A stretch of 64,000 bases of DNA from Mobula hypostoma (taxonomy: Eukaryota): NCBI RefSeq assembly GCF_963921235.1, contig NC_086122.1:30690001-30754000 (forward strand). The letters run 5' to 3'. The position numbers and the translations under genes are program-made. The notes beneath the pieces were generated by a model that had not been told where the DNA came from, did not search any database, and was given only the letters and a program-made list of their open reading frames with translations. This document shows positions 12,521 to 26,203 of this stretch, in pieces. Each line of letters starts with the position of its first letter. Within the stretch, counting starts at the first letter, position 1.

Positions 12521-14288
12521 TGTATATGTACTTTGATATTAAATCTACTCTGAATTTTCTCTCCATTTAGAAAATATTCTACACCTTTTTTCCTTCTATC
12601 AACGTGCATGAGCATACATTTCCTTACACTATTTGCCATCTGCCACGTTGCCCATTCTCCCTATCTGTCCAAGTCCTTCTGCAAACTCCCTGCTTCCTCA
12701 ACGCTACCTGCCCCTCCACTTACCTTCGTATCATCTGCAAATGTGGCCACAAAGCCACCAATTCCATCATCCAGACTGCTGACATATAACACGGAAAGCT
12801 GTCGTCCCGATACTGACCACTGCAGGACACCACTAGTCACTGGAAGCCCACCATTAAAGTCCCTTTGTATTCCCTCTCCTTGCCTCCTGCCAGTCAGCCG
12901 ATCTTCTACCCTGCCCCCGGCACCAGTTCCTCAGCCACTTACTCATCTGTGCTGTCATCATATTCCTGCCCTGACTAGCATCTGGCACTGGGAGGAATCC
13001 AGACATTAGTCCTATAGAGGTCCTGCTCTTCAGGTTCTTCCCTAACTCCGAACACTCACTGCACAGGGCCTCTTCCCGCCCCCCCCCCAACCCACTCCTA
13101 CCTATTCACCTTGACCTCTGGCTGCTTACTCTCCCTCTTGAGAACAGGGCACTGTTCCTGAATCAGAATCCGGTTTAGTATTACCAGCTTATGAAGTGAA
13201 ATTTTGTTAACTCTGTGGCACCAGTACAATATAATACCCAATAATAGGGAAAAAAAAGTGAATATAGATATTGTGGTTGGCATCCGTCTGTCTCGGAGGA
13301 CAATGGGGTGATGGTGATCATCATCACAAGCCTGGGTGGAAGGTATGGAGATCCTGAGATGCCCAGTTGTCTAGATTCCCCTCTCGGCCTCACCAGTGTA
13401 GTCCAGCGGAAAGCTTATGAAGTAATGCATTTGGGCTGCAGGAGCTGCCAGAAGGATGTTCATTGACTTCTAGCAGCCTTAGGGGCTCCACTCTGGATCT
13501 GTTGTCTGGGTTTACTCCCGTAGCCTTCGTCTCTCCCAAGGTAGTGGGGTTATTTGTCCATAGCTGGGGATCTGGTTCACGAGCACCGGGGCATGTCCAC
13601 ACCCTAGTGGGCCTGTGTGCTCCGTGTGCAGGGGCCAGACCTCCTCCCCATCCTCTGTAGTTCAGCCCGCGTCTGAAAGGAGGCCAGTTTCCGTGTATCG
13701 CCAGCGAGGAAGCACTACATGAGGCTTGCTGTTGGAGTGGCTATGTACTGGCAGGGAGAGACTCACACATTCAGCTCTCCTTTTTGCTAGCCAGCAGTGG
13801 AACCTGAAAGTGAGACCGACAGGCACTGCTCACTACACTGCCACCCTAGACGCATCACAGCAAAACCGTTTTGGCACCTATTAAATAGTTGAGTTAAATA
13901 AGTCGTGCAAAAACAGAAATTAAAAAGTAGTGAGGTAGTGTTCATGGGTTCAGAAACTGGATGGCAGAGGGGAAGAAGCTGTTCCTGAATCGCTGAGTGT
14001 GTGCCTTCAGGCTTCCTGGAAAATCTTAACCAATTTCCCCCAGGATCAATAAAGTATGACTATCACTTTGACTATGACTGATGGTAGCAATGAGAAGAGA
14101 TCATTACTAAGAAATATACATCCATAAATCCTAGGTGAAGTTAAGATTAGGCTCAGCTCATATGGTGTGTGCAGTTAGTCAGCTTTCAGATCCTTGCCAC
14201 CCTGTTTCTCATTGTGCTTCATTTGAATGATGTGGGAGGGTCCTATTGTAAAAATGAGGGGCTGCATCAAGCAAGAACAGCCAGCGTC

Positions 14289-14302
14289 TGCCCCCTGCTG
14301 GA
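14289..14302 (-). promoter_or_regulatory. Candidate CTCF site
   Basis: TCCAGCAGGGGGCA on minus fits the CTCF core. Confidence 0.45.
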
Positions 14303-15439
14303 AGTATCGGTGCATAGAAAATTAGAAACTACAGTACAGTACTGGAGATGCAAGAGACGGCAGATGTCGGAATGTGCAGCTCATTAAATACTGAGAACAT
14401 GAGGCGCAGAGTGAAAGTGAGTCCATAGGTTGTTGAGTCAGTTCAGAGTTGAAGTGTGTGGAGATATCCATGCTAATTTAGGCACCTGACAGTTGAAGGG
14501 TTAAAAACTGTTCCTGAACCTGGTGGTGTGGGACCTCCTTCCCGATGGAAGCAGGAGCTCTTGATAATCATAGCTGTAATTGCATTTGAATTTACAACCT
14601 CTATAACTTACTCCCCAACAAAGTGTCCGCAATAAGTATGAAGGAAAACTAAATACAGAGTAATTTATTGCAAACTTGCAATACCCTTCATCTGTACACA
14701 CAGTACTGTCCAAATGACTTAGAGTCAGAGAAATGTATATAGCTCAGGTGCCCAAGACTTTTGCACAGTACTGTATTTGTCAAAGTGGAGTGGAGAGCGA
14801 GTTTGTAAATCTGGCGGGAGCAGAGGATGTTGGGAATGGTGAAGGTGGAATGCTAGGGGACAGGTGGCAGCGGGGGAGTGCCAGTGTTGGGGCAGGTGAA
14901 TCATAGTTATACAGAAAGGAAAAGACCCTGTGGCTCAGCTGGTCTATGCCAACCAAGATGTGGATCAAATAAGGTTAGATCATATAGCACGAATGGTCGA
15001 ACCCTGGAGAACACTGAAGGACAGAGGGACCAAGGTTCATCCATTGCGGCACTTGGGATATTGGCCTTCATTGGCCAGAGGATAGAATAAAAGAGCATTG
15101 TGGTCATAGTACTCTGCGTGAAACGTCGACTTGGTCACAGCTAGAATATTGTGCACACTTTTCAATATGCTATAGGAATGGAGTGATTGCATGGGAGACA
15201 GGTGCCGAGGAGATTTTCCAGGAGTGCAATGGTCCCATTATGAGAAGAGAGCACATGGCTGAGCTTGGAGTGCAGGAAACTCAGTGGAGCTGTGGGTGGA
15301 AGATTGAAAACCTGATACTTGACTACAAAACTGACAGCCTGTCGGGGGAGGTAGTCAGAATCTTCTGCTGGCAGAGGTGATTAAGAACAGAGGGTTTATG
15401 TTGAGGGGCGACTAAAGGAGGATTTTTTTTGTATTGAGA

Positions 15440-15700
15440 CACAGTGTGGCCCTTTGAGCCGTGCCTCCCAGCAAACCCCCCCAATTTAATCCTAGCCGAA
15501 TCAAGGGACAATTTACAATGAAAATTAACCTACCAACCGGTACGAATTTGGACTGTGGGAGGAAACCGGAACACCCGGAGGAAACCCACGTGGTTACAGG
15601 GAGAACGTACAAACTCCTTACTGGCCACAGCGAGAACTGAACCTGCGTTAAATGGACTGTAAAGTACTGTGCTAACAACTACACTACACAGTGCCACCCA
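15440..15700 (-). mobile_element. V-SINE-like element (related copies at ~7515-7720, 50180-50440, 60800-61070)
   Basis: ttggactgtgggaggaaaccggaacacccggaggaaacccac block, the reverse complement of the V-domain. Confidence 0.75.
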
Positions 15701-16007
15701 TGCAAGGGGTAGTGGCAATCTAGAATGCAGTGTCCAAGAGGACAGTGGAGACGGGTACTCTCACAATATTTAATCAGTATTTGGATGAGCACTTAAAATG
15801 GCAAGGTATAGCAGGATACAGACCGAATGCTGGTTAGTGAAATTACAATAGTCCATGTTCGACAGACATAGTGGGCCAAAAGGGCCAGTTTCTGTGCTGT
15901 GTATATATATATATATATAAAGCATTCTGAAATTATTTAAATAGCACTCTGTGATTTTTTTGGACAGGTTTATTTCTAAAAATCTGAGTTTGAAAAAAAT
16001 AGATTAG

Positions 16008-17027
16008 CCGGTGACTAGTGGTGTGCCTCAGGGATCTGTACCGGGTCCAATGTTGTTTGTCATATACATTAATGATCTGGATGATGGGGTGGTAAATTGG
16101 ATGAGTAAGTAATCAGATCATCCTTGTAGGTGGAGTTGTGGATAGTGAAGTAGGTTTTCAAAGCTTGCAGAGAGATTTAGGCCTGTTAGAAGAGTGGGCT
16201 GAAAGATGGCAGATGGAGTTTAATGCTTATAAATGTGAGGTGCTACGTTTTGGTAGGACTAATCAAAATAGGACATACATGGTAAATGGCAGGGCATTGA
16301 AGAATGCAGTAGAACAGAGGGATCTAGGAATAATGTTCCCTGAAGGCGGAATCTCATGTGGATAGGGTGGTGAAGAAAGCTTTTGGTATGCTGGCCTTTA
16401 TAAATCAAAGCATTGAGTATAGGAGTTGGTTTGTAATGTTGAAATTGTACAAGGCATTGGTGAGGCCAAATTTGGAGTATTGTGCACAGTTTTGGTCACC
16501 GAATTATAGGAAACATGTCAACAAAATAAAGAGAGTACAGAGAGGGTTAACTAGAATGTTACCTGGGTTTCATCACGCAAGTTACAAAGAAAGGTTGAAC
16601 AAGTTGGGTCTATATTCTTTGGAATGTAGAAGGTTGAGAGGGGACTTAATAGAGGTATTTAAAATTATGAGGGGGATTGATAGAGTTGACGGGGATAGGA
16701 TTTTTCCATTGAGAGTGGGGGAGATTCAAACAAGAGGACGTGAGTTGAGAGTTAAAGAGCAAAAGTTTAGGGGTAACATGAGGGGGAACTTCTTTACTCA
16801 GAGAGTGGTAGCTGTGTGGAACGAGCTTCCAGCAGAAGTGGTTGAGGCAGGTTGGATGTTGTCGTTTAAAGTTAAATTGGACAGCTATATGGAGAGGAAA
16901 GGAATGGAGGGTTATGGGCTGAGTGCAGGTCGGTGGGACTAGGTGAGAGTAAGAGTTCGGCACGGACTAGAAGGGCCGAGATGGCCTGTTTCCGTGCTGT
17001 AATGGTTATATGGTTAAACGGTTATGG
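16008..17027 (+). mobile_element. CR1 LINE 3' fragment
   Basis: ORFs 16138-16365 and 16358-16942 (WAERWQMEFN, ALVRPNLEYC, RGDLIEVFKI). Confidence 0.93.
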
Positions 17028-17054
17028 TAAAAGCAAGCGGTGTGTTGTTCTGTT

Positions 17055-17070
17055 GCTGCCATCTAGTGGC
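17055..17070 (-). promoter_or_regulatory. Candidate CTCF site
   Basis: GCCACTAGATGGCAGC on minus fits the CCASYAGRKGGCRS core. Confidence 0.5.
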
Positions 17071-17165
17071 AGTCCTGGGTACCCCCGCTTAGAGAACAGC
17101 AAAGGAAGAAAACTGTCAGCCAGAAGCAACGCCCACGTTTGTAAATGTTCAAAAGCAGGGAAGTG

Positions 17166-17385
17166 TGTTATGTTTTGTAATTTCAAAACATTAAAACTTA
17201 TTCAAAGGAAGACACGGGAGTCCGAAATGTGACTCGACTTCGTGTTTACTTTAAGTGAGCCGCGCACGTGTCACGTGGTAGCGTGTTGACGTATTAAAAC
17301 ATATAACCCATAATTACCTCTTTAAATGAATAAGAATGCTTAATCAAACAATATACAAGATTACTCAAATATTAAATACACAACA
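17166..17385 (-). mobile_element. Solo LTR related to the 10886-12520 element
   Basis: TGTT...AACA termini, shared aagaatgcttaatcaaacaatat block, imperfect 5-bp TSD aagtg/aaatg. Confidence 0.75.
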
Positions 17386-17783
17386 AAATGGAGCAGCATT
17401 GTTGAGTGCAATCACATCCAAAGTCATATAATCTCACAAAAAAACCGGTGTTCTTCCATGAACTAAATACTGTAACTCAAAAATATTTGACGAAGAAGAG
17501 GAAAACCTTTACATGCTTTTAACATTAGTAATTAACGATGGAGTCTCCAAAAGAAAACCGGCAATAAATGGACAAACCTTACGACTTTCCTGGCACATAT
17601 CGTTCAAGTGAGATTTGGCCTAGGTTATTAGCACTGAGGTAGCAGCGGATGTGCCATTGTGTAAGGGTAGTCTTCCAGAACTGAAGCACAGCAAACTACA
17701 CAGAACTCAGACTCGGGTTCAATTGCCATTCAACCATACGCATGCATACAACTAAATGTACATTAGTATTATTATTATTAGTA

Positions 17784-18526
17784 TTAGTCATACTTTATTG
17801 ATCCCGGGGGAAATTGGTTTTCATTACAGTTGCACCATAAATAATATAGTAATAACACCATAAATAGTTAAATAGTAATATGTAAATTATGCCAGGAAAT
17901 AAGTCCAGGACCAGCCTATTGGCTCAGGGTGTCTGACCCTCCAAGGGAGGAGTTGTAAAGTTTGATGGCCACAGGCAGGAATGACTTCCCATGACACTCT
18001 GTGTTGCATCTCGGTGGAATGAGTCTCTGGCTGAATGTACTCCTGTGCCCAACCAGTACATTATGTAGTGGATGGGATACATTGTCCAAGATGGCATGCA
18101 ACTTAGACAGCATCCTCTTTTCAGACACCACCATTAGAGAGTCCAGTTCCATCCCCACAACATCACTGGCCTTACGAATGAGTTTGTTGATTCTGTTGGT
18201 GTCTGCTACCCTCAGCCTGCTGCCCCAGCACACAACAGCAAACATGATAGCACTGGCCACCACAAACTCGTAGAACATCCTCAGCATCGTCCAGCAGATG
18301 TTAAAGGACCTCAGTCTCCTCAGGAAATAGAGGCGGCTCTGACCCTTCTTGTAGACAGCCTCAGTGTTCTTTGACCAGTCCAGTTAATTGTCAATTCGTA
18401 TCCCCAGGTATCTGTAATCCTCCACCATGTCCACACTGACCCCCTGGATGGAAACAGGGGTCACTGGTACCTTAGCTCTCCTCAGGTCTACCACCAGTTC
18501 CTTAGTCTTTTTCACATTAAGTTGCA
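17784..18526 (-). mobile_element. Rex1/Babar LINE 3' fragment
   Basis: QLNVKKTKELVVD, YRYLG, MFYEFVVASAIMFAVVCWG, KSFLPVAIKLYN. Confidence 0.9.
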
Positions 18527-19804
18527 TACATACATTACATACAGTCACACAGCACACACTGTTATGAAAGCACATAATCACAAAATATTAGCAGAAATGC
18601 CCTAGTGGCACAGCTAGAAGATTGATGGTGCATGGGATGTTGCGCTTAGCCATGTTCTTGAAAGAATAAGCATGCAGCAGTTCCTCATCTCCTGCAGCCG
18701 AAGGAAATCCTGCTCATCTTCCATTCAGAAGAACACGAGAGCAGCACCCACTGGGGAGCTGGCCTATAATGGCCAGACTCCAACCCCACATGGATTCCCA
18801 TTCACCCCTCATGCCTCCGTTCACTCCCACACTGCCTCCTTCCCGTATGGCTTTAACAGGTGATGTCACAGCCTGAGGACCTGATCTTCAGGCTGCAATT
18901 CCAGTGCACACACCACCTCCTTCCCTAGGTAGCTGTAACAGGCGACACCTCAACATGAGGGACTGCTCCATGTCACAACCAAGGCTGCACAGCTCACCTA
19001 CCATTGGTCATCAATAAACCAAAGAACTAGACTTGCAGTATTTTGCATTATCAATATCCAACAGTCTTGTGATCACAAGAAAAATAAAGACATTTACACC
19101 TTTCATTGGACAGAGGCTGCAGTCAGAAATCAGGTACCTCAACTAAGTGAATGTGAAGCAATACAAAGGAGAAAACAGGGATAAGAGATTTGACCAAGTA
19201 CTCACCTATATTTAATTTCTGTAATTTCACCAACACAAAGAGCTTGCTTGCACAGCTACAGGATATCTTCACAGAAAAGGATAACAAAGCCTTATTTGTG
19301 CAAGGCTCATTTTCAAGAATATTGTGGTCTATGTTGAAATTTATATCAAAAATCACAAGTGATGCAGTATCCTGTTTTCAAGCCAACTCCTTCAAACATC
19401 ATTTCCATTAAACTTAAAATCAGAATGTAGTCCTACAGACACATTTGTCTACACAAGGATCTGTCTCAGTGGATGTGCAAATTAACGATCCTGAAGTGTG
19501 TGAATGGAGTATTTTACTGTGGGGTTGGTCTGAGAGAATAGGTTGCTTTCCCCTCAATTTTCACCTGCCCATCATCTCCCTCTGGTGCCCTTCCTACCCT
19601 GACCCACTCTTATCACATCTTCAGCACTTTACCATCACTTCCTAGCTTCCAACTTCATCTGACCACCCCCCCCCCCCAACCTATCATCTGCCAATGTACT
19701 CTCTCCCCCTCACCTTATTCTGGCTTATGCTACCTTCCTTCCCATCTGTTGAAGCATCTTAGCACTAAACTGTTTATTCCCCTCCACAGATGCTGCCCAA
19801 CTCT

Positions 19805-20390
19805 CCAGATCCTCCAGTAAAACCCTTGGCAAACTTCTATAGATGTGTGGTGGATAATGTGCTGACTGACTATATTATAGCCTGGTATGGGAACACCAAA
19901 GCCTTTCAGCAGCAAGTCCTACACAAGGTGGCAGATTTAGCCCAGTCCATCACGAGTAAAATCCTCCCAAGCATTGAGCATATCTACATGAAGCACTGCC
20001 ATAGAAAAGCAGCATCCATGAAAAGATCCTCACCACCCAGGCTATGCTCTTCTTCTTGCTGCTGCCATCAGATAGAAGGTACAAGAGCCTCAGGACTCAG
20101 ACCACCTGGTTCAGAACAGTTACTACCCCTCAACCACCAGGCTCTTGAACAAAAAGGGATAACTACAGTAATTCTACTTCTGGCATTCCCACAACTAATG
20201 GCCTCACTTCAAGGTCTCTTTATCATGTTAGTTCATGCTCATTTATTATTTATTTACATTTGTATTGGCAGTTTGTTATCCATTGATCCCATTCAGAGTC
20301 ACCGCTCCATGGAATTGCTAAGTATACCTGCAGAAAAATATCTTGGGGTTGTACATGGCAACATGCATGTACTCTAAATTTCTCTTTGAC
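19805..20390 (+). mobile_element. Rex/Babar LINE 3' fragment
   Basis: NFYRCVVDNVLTDYIIAWYGN remnant plus the family 3'UTR. Confidence 0.8.
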
Positions 20391-20786
20391 CTTCATGTAG
20401 ATTTCTCATAATTAACTTGCAGGCCAAGTCAGAAAAATTCATTTATAAATTATCTTTATTGAATTCTGAAAAAAAATTTACAAAAAAGTATTTTGTGGCA
20501 CAAAGCCCCATGTGAAATCTTGGTAAATTACTTCCCTTACCTGTGTATTATTTCAGAAGATTTATCATATACTAAACATTGCTCAGTATCTGCACAACAT
20601 GTTACAGAGAAGTGTTAATCCAAATAAATGCATAACATTTATACAAAACTATAACTGGCTCCAAAGTTTCACATTTATGATACAAGTTTCACAAATCATG
20701 CCAAGTTTCATGACAAAATTCAATCCAGCTGGCTTAAAATAACTGATTACAAATGCACTTTAAATTTTAAACACTATTCTGAACCT

Positions 20787-20933
20787 TCACTGTGTCTTTG
20801 TTCTACCACCACTCTTATGACCACTCTGTACCGGTATCCACTGTCCATATGGGCTTCTTTTCTGCTTATTCTCAGGAGACCCTTTAACAGGGCCACTTGG
20901 TGACCTTTGATTCAATGGTTTTGCTACCGCATT
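20787..20933 (-). CDS. RSRP1: RSRP1 last coding exon (NAVAKPLNQ...KRSPYGQWIPV...TKTQ*)
   Basis: ttttgcag acceptor. NSVAKP and KKSPYGLWIP-like motifs of the RSRP1 C-terminus. AATAAA on the minus strand at 20455-20460. Confidence 0.92.
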   Translation of the reverse strand, partial: NAVAKPLNQRSPSGPVKGSPENKQKRSPYGQWIPVQSGHKSGGRTKTQ

Positions 20934-21350
20934 CTGCAAAATAATGAGACTACGTAAGTAAATTCCAAGGGTCATCGTAATAGTCTGCATGGAAGTTACA
21001 TTTTAACTACAGGAATCTAAATACACAAGTTTGTCAGCCTATGCCAACATTGCTCCAGAACCACAATGCAATATAGATTTATCAATTTGATCTAATTACA
21101 CAGAAGAAGTGATATGTAGAAGTGCAAGCTACCACAGGTTTCAAAAATAACTGAGGTAGTCTTGAGCTGAAGCCCATCACTCAACACACAAAGCAATGCT
21201 TCATGGGCAGGAAACCAGTCAAAATTTAAATTACATACAGTATAACCTCCAGCATCAGACAAGAACACCGTTGAATGAGAAGTTGCTACTGTTTTAGTAA
21301 ATTTTGCTTAATATTCAATCAATATTCTTTATTTTAAAGTGCCTACTTAC

Positions 21351-21449
21351 TTTAACACTGAAGGCTATCCAGTGGTTTGTTTCCGATCTAGAAGGGGCAC
21401 TTCCTAACTTCTGAACTGGTTCATCCTCTTCATCTTCATTTGCTTGTTT
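21351..21449 (-). CDS. RSRP1: RSRP1 exon (KQANEDEED...HWIAFSVK)
   Basis: gcag acceptor, gtaagt donor, 99 nt phase 0-0, IAFS motif. Confidence 0.9.
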
Positions 21450-24400
21450 CTGCATTAGAAAAACAAAGTCCAATCCAATGAAAACTGTGATTAACAATCA
21501 GAGTTAAAACATGTAGCACTGGTTGGACAAACCCATTATTCTATCAGTAGATTTCAAAATACATGTCACTATCATTCTACCTGTTGTGGTAGAATCTGCA
21601 GGAAAGTTGATACTGATTCTTGCAGCTTGGCACTATACTAGCTCTGAAAATGTGCACCAAATGGCCAACAATTCAGAAAACATGAACCTCACTTTAGCAT
21701 ATTCAACAAAGAATAAAGATTGAAATTTGCAATGCTGAGGTTCTAAAATTTCTAATCAAGTTTGAGTACAAATTACTTGAAATCTGTAACAAGATTTACA
21801 CCAGTCTGAATTACCATAAGCATTTATTTGGTTCCATGGTAATTCCCATTAAGAGCACAAATGCTTTCAAGCACTTTCTGTAATGTGTCAAATGATACTT
21901 GAGTGTACAACTGAATGCAGCCATGTTGATAACATATTCTAGGCTATAAAGCCAATGAACTTATCTTCAAAAAACGTTGGCCTCTTCTTCGGCAATGATC
22001 TGATATTCAAAACCTCCTGGAACACAGTGAATAAGTTATGAGGACAAGAAAATCCTAGAACAGAAGTTATGCATGGACAATACCAAATCCAACAGCAGAA
22101 ATTAGTTAAACCTCAGCTTCATATGCCTCAGTGCCCTTGGAGGAACTAAGTGATTTATCAATGGGAAATCATAGATAACCAACATCAAGGACTGATCCAA
22201 GTTATGTAGACTTGAGTGTCATTATTTAAACTACTTAATACTTTAACTGTGTTCCAGACATTGCGAACTAAAAATGTTATTCCAAGTAAAATACATCATT
22301 GCTGCATAAAGCATGGCATGATAGTTTTGTTTACCTTCTGTTTATGAGCAACAAGTGGGCTTTCTGGCCCAGTATTAGATCTATCACTCCAAGGTCAAGT
22401 ACACTATTAACACGCAGAGCAAAGCACCCTCCATTCTGCATCCAATAATGCCTCATACCTTAACTTCAGCTATTACATAGCTATTATCAGTCAATTCAGT
22501 ATCTTTTGAGGATAGACTCCTGCTCTGAACAAAACTGAGGTAGTAGCAAAACACATTCCAATTAAAGCTGGGCTGTGAGCTGTTTAAATTCAAGCCAATT
22601 TGAACATTAAATTCTGCTAGGAAACAGGTGTCTGAAACACGACAGGTTTCTTGGATCATAGGCCAAAGCAGGGGTAGTGCAATGCTATTAAAATGTGCAA
22701 ACATTAATTTTATTTATGGCTCAACCCTACAGAGAGCAGGTAGCTAGTGTTCCCTTAGCAAACTGATCTTTGTACAATTGCATCTTATGATTCAAACTAT
22801 CAAGTTCAAGGCTGATTCTTGACTATATAAATGGTTTTTACTAAAAATGTAAATTTATACTTAACTAGTTATTGATGGGTCATCTGGATGAACAATTTGG
22901 TTAACATGGATTGCCTAAGTTTGAAAAGCAAAGTCAGTTGTGTTGAACTGTTGACAGTGTTAGTGCTAACAGAAGTAACACCATGCCTACCTACTGTTGC
23001 AATCAATCATGGCAAAAACCTTCCCTTATTATACTGGCATTTCTTTCATCTGCTAAGTTTAAAGTAGCCTCTAGAGTCCATAAAAAGTAATAATTAAAAA
23101 AAACAAGTGGCCTCTTTCCCATCCACATAATGTAAACTGAAGTTTGATCTGGGATTCTCAAAGATCAGATGATATGGAGCAAGGAAGTAACAATGGAAGG
23201 CAAATTAGCAGGTGTAATGCAGAGTTACTGGATAAAGATATTAGAAAGCAATGTTCTACAATGATCAATATTGAAAATATTGGTTCTGGAAATATTATAG
23301 TATCAAAACATACACATTAGAAGTAGTAACAACAAAATATTGAAAGTTAACCACTTAGATGGCAAATTAAATTCACTGAATCTGTGATTTACTTTGGTAG
23401 GAAAGTTGGGAATAGAAGTATCACCTACATATTCCAAAAAAAAAACCATGGATAGAAGAGCAAAGAATTTCAGACTACAGACATGAAAATAAGCAGAGTT
23501 AAAAATGCCAACAGAAAGAACAGAATCAGAGTTATACAGGACAAGCCAGATTTGAGTGCAGGATAGTCGCCTCCATCTTAGATGAAGGACAGTGCAATCA
23601 CCATGTAAGGGGAGGAGTTGGGGAAAAAGATGGCACCAGCATAGTGGATTGTTTTATTCATAGCACCATGGCGGAACATAGCACCACCCAGGTAGCCCAG
23701 TTAAATAGCTTTCAAGAGAAATAATACACAAGAGAAAAGGAAAATGTACAAAAGGGCTACAACAGGTGAATGGAAAGAGGCTCGTGTGCAATGCAATTTG
23801 CAGCTGGGCTGAACAGTACATTTACACAAACAGCAACATCAATGAAGCTGCTTATTTCCATCCAAAATTCTGTCAGCTGCCAGACTTCTTAAATGAAATG
23901 GACATAGGCAAATGGTTCACGTCACTCGATTCCCATCAAGATTAACTAAATATCATTTGGCCTGCTGGAATTAAAATGTATCATGACAAAACTAATTAGG
24001 AGACAATGCAGTATAATGAAGTACCAAATATAGCACTGCCTTGACTTTTGACTGGGAAGAAATACACCAAGCTTCTCCATTCTCCCCTTACTTCTACAAG
24101 ATGGCTTGATAGAGGTCACAAGCTCCCTGATCAGAAGAAAAAATACAAAACAGAATGCTTCATCCCTCACGCACAGATATGGAAAGCCATCGTTTTCATA
24201 ATGATAAAATGCATTTGTTTACGGTGTAGATAGTGCCATAGGTTCATTTATAATCACATCTTTTAAAGCCATCTTTAGTTATTACACTGGCCAATCTGCC
24301 CCTAATAACTGCACACATGCAGATACAAAGATACCACCTCATATCTTCCAAGAAGTGCAGTCCATTTCAAGGCTTCTATAAAACAGAAATAAATCAAGTC

Positions 24401-24940
24401 ATACAAACCAAATTTATAGCTTTTATATGGAAAGTGTTTGAATGACATGTTGAGTAAAACAAGCTGGCTGAATCATTACTGCACAATACAATCTCCCAAT
24501 TATGATTAATATACTTGAGGACCAAGAATTCACTTTAGGGAATGTCCAGAATTTGTAAAGAACTATAAATTGGAAATTCCTCATTGCCTAGCTGAGAAAA
24601 CATTTCTATGTTAATCTAGGAATGACTACAATTGTAAGCATCTTACATTTCTCATTAGAAATTAGAGTAAAACTGAGTTTGCTCAAAACAATTTGGATAA
24701 CAAACCAAAGCAATTAAAAGCCAAGTTAGAAAAGGAGTACAACTCAATTTATTCTACCCGAACACAGGAACACCAGTATGAGTGTCAAAATGTACTTAAA
24801 TGGACAACGTTGACTTCATAGCTAAGATCACACAACTAATAGTGCAGGAGTTGGTGTTCAAATATTTGGACAGAAGTAACCTTCTACATTCAAACATGCA
24901 AAAAGAAATTTCTTCAATGTAATGAAATGTTATCACTCAC

Positions 24941-25104
24941 CCTTCTGATCATCTCTTTAGCTGCATCAATGTTGGACTTCTCAAAATTATAATTCTCATC
25001 TCTGAAAGGATTGGTAGGCTTCAGGCTAGGTGGCATCTGAATACTGCTTTTTCCAAATAATTTATCAGCATTTGCCTTTGCTATTTCAAGCAAAGTATTT
25101 TTAT
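24941..25104 (-). CDS. RSRP1: RSRP1 exon (DKNTLLEIAKANADKLFG...MPPSLK...EMIRR)
   Basis: ctttcag acceptor, gtgagt donor. LLEIAKxNA and LPxSL motifs. Phases 1 to 0 fit both neighbours. Confidence 0.93.
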
Positions 25105-26203
25105 CTGAAAGAACACAGCATTAATAAACTTTAGGTTGCTACCCTTCAAACTTAGAAAAACACATGACCAAATGCAAAATGTTGATGGGCAATTGGGAGC
25201 TTTGAGGATGATACCTAAAACTAAATGGCAAAAGCTGCAAGGAGGAAAACTTGTGGATATGATATACCAGTATTTTCACAAGGGGCCATTAAAATTGCTG
25301 AAAAGAGCACATGGAATTGGAGGACACAGCAAGTTAATCAAGCACATTTAGGGAAGATAAACTAGTGGGCCACTAGAGATTAGTGCTGAGGCAACATCTA
25401 TTCCCTATCTACAAGTTAGTCTGAAGAGATCAAAAGCAATGTTTTCAAGCTTGCGAAAGACAAAACCAATGTGAAGTAACGAAAATGTATATAGGCTTTG
25501 GCAGGATTGTACAAGAGCTGAAACAGAAGGCAACATAGACAAATAGTTAGTTTAGAAAATACAAGGTGAGCCATTTCAGTGATTTACACAAAAATGGGAT
25601 ACTTTGAATGAGAAGTCGGGAAATGCTCATGTTCAAACGATCTGGATGCCTTGAATAACTCACTGAACGTCAACATGTAGCTGCAGCAGGTAAACAGAAA
25701 GGAGCGTGACAACTTTTGCCTTATTTACAGACTAGTGTAAAGATGTTTCACTACAATTACATCTGTCCTTAACAAGACCACATCTTGCATATGTTTGTTA
25801 GAGGGAATGAACTGATCCCTGGCATGGCAGGAGTGTCAAGACAGCCAGGCTTTTAGTTTAGAGGAATGAATAGACCTTATTGAAAAGTCAAATATCGTAA
25901 GAGAACTTAGACAGGGTATATATTGGAAGATGCTCTGATTGAGAAATCTCAAAATAATCGCTTCACCATTTGGGACTAAGTATTTTCCTCTGGTAAATTT
26001 TTGGACTTCACTACAGAAAGCTGAGGGTCAATCACCAACTTCATTAACATCAGATCAAATGATTTTTGGACATAGGAATCAGGAGGTTTCAGGGAAAGTA
26101 CTTATGCAGTTGAATAAAGACTAGAAATCAAGAGATCAAATGGTTACTCCCACATCCATTCATGATTATTCATATTCCTTATCATAATTTCAATATATTC
26201 TAC

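Noticed and set aside
17151-17165. PPT-like aaaagcagggaagtg next to the solo LTR
   Set aside because: It lies at the wrong end relative to the orientation defined by the 10886-12520 element, and the LTR has its own near-TSD. Probably chance.
18597-18611. Third CTCF-like motif
   Set aside because: GCCACTAGGGCA lacks the correct core spacing.
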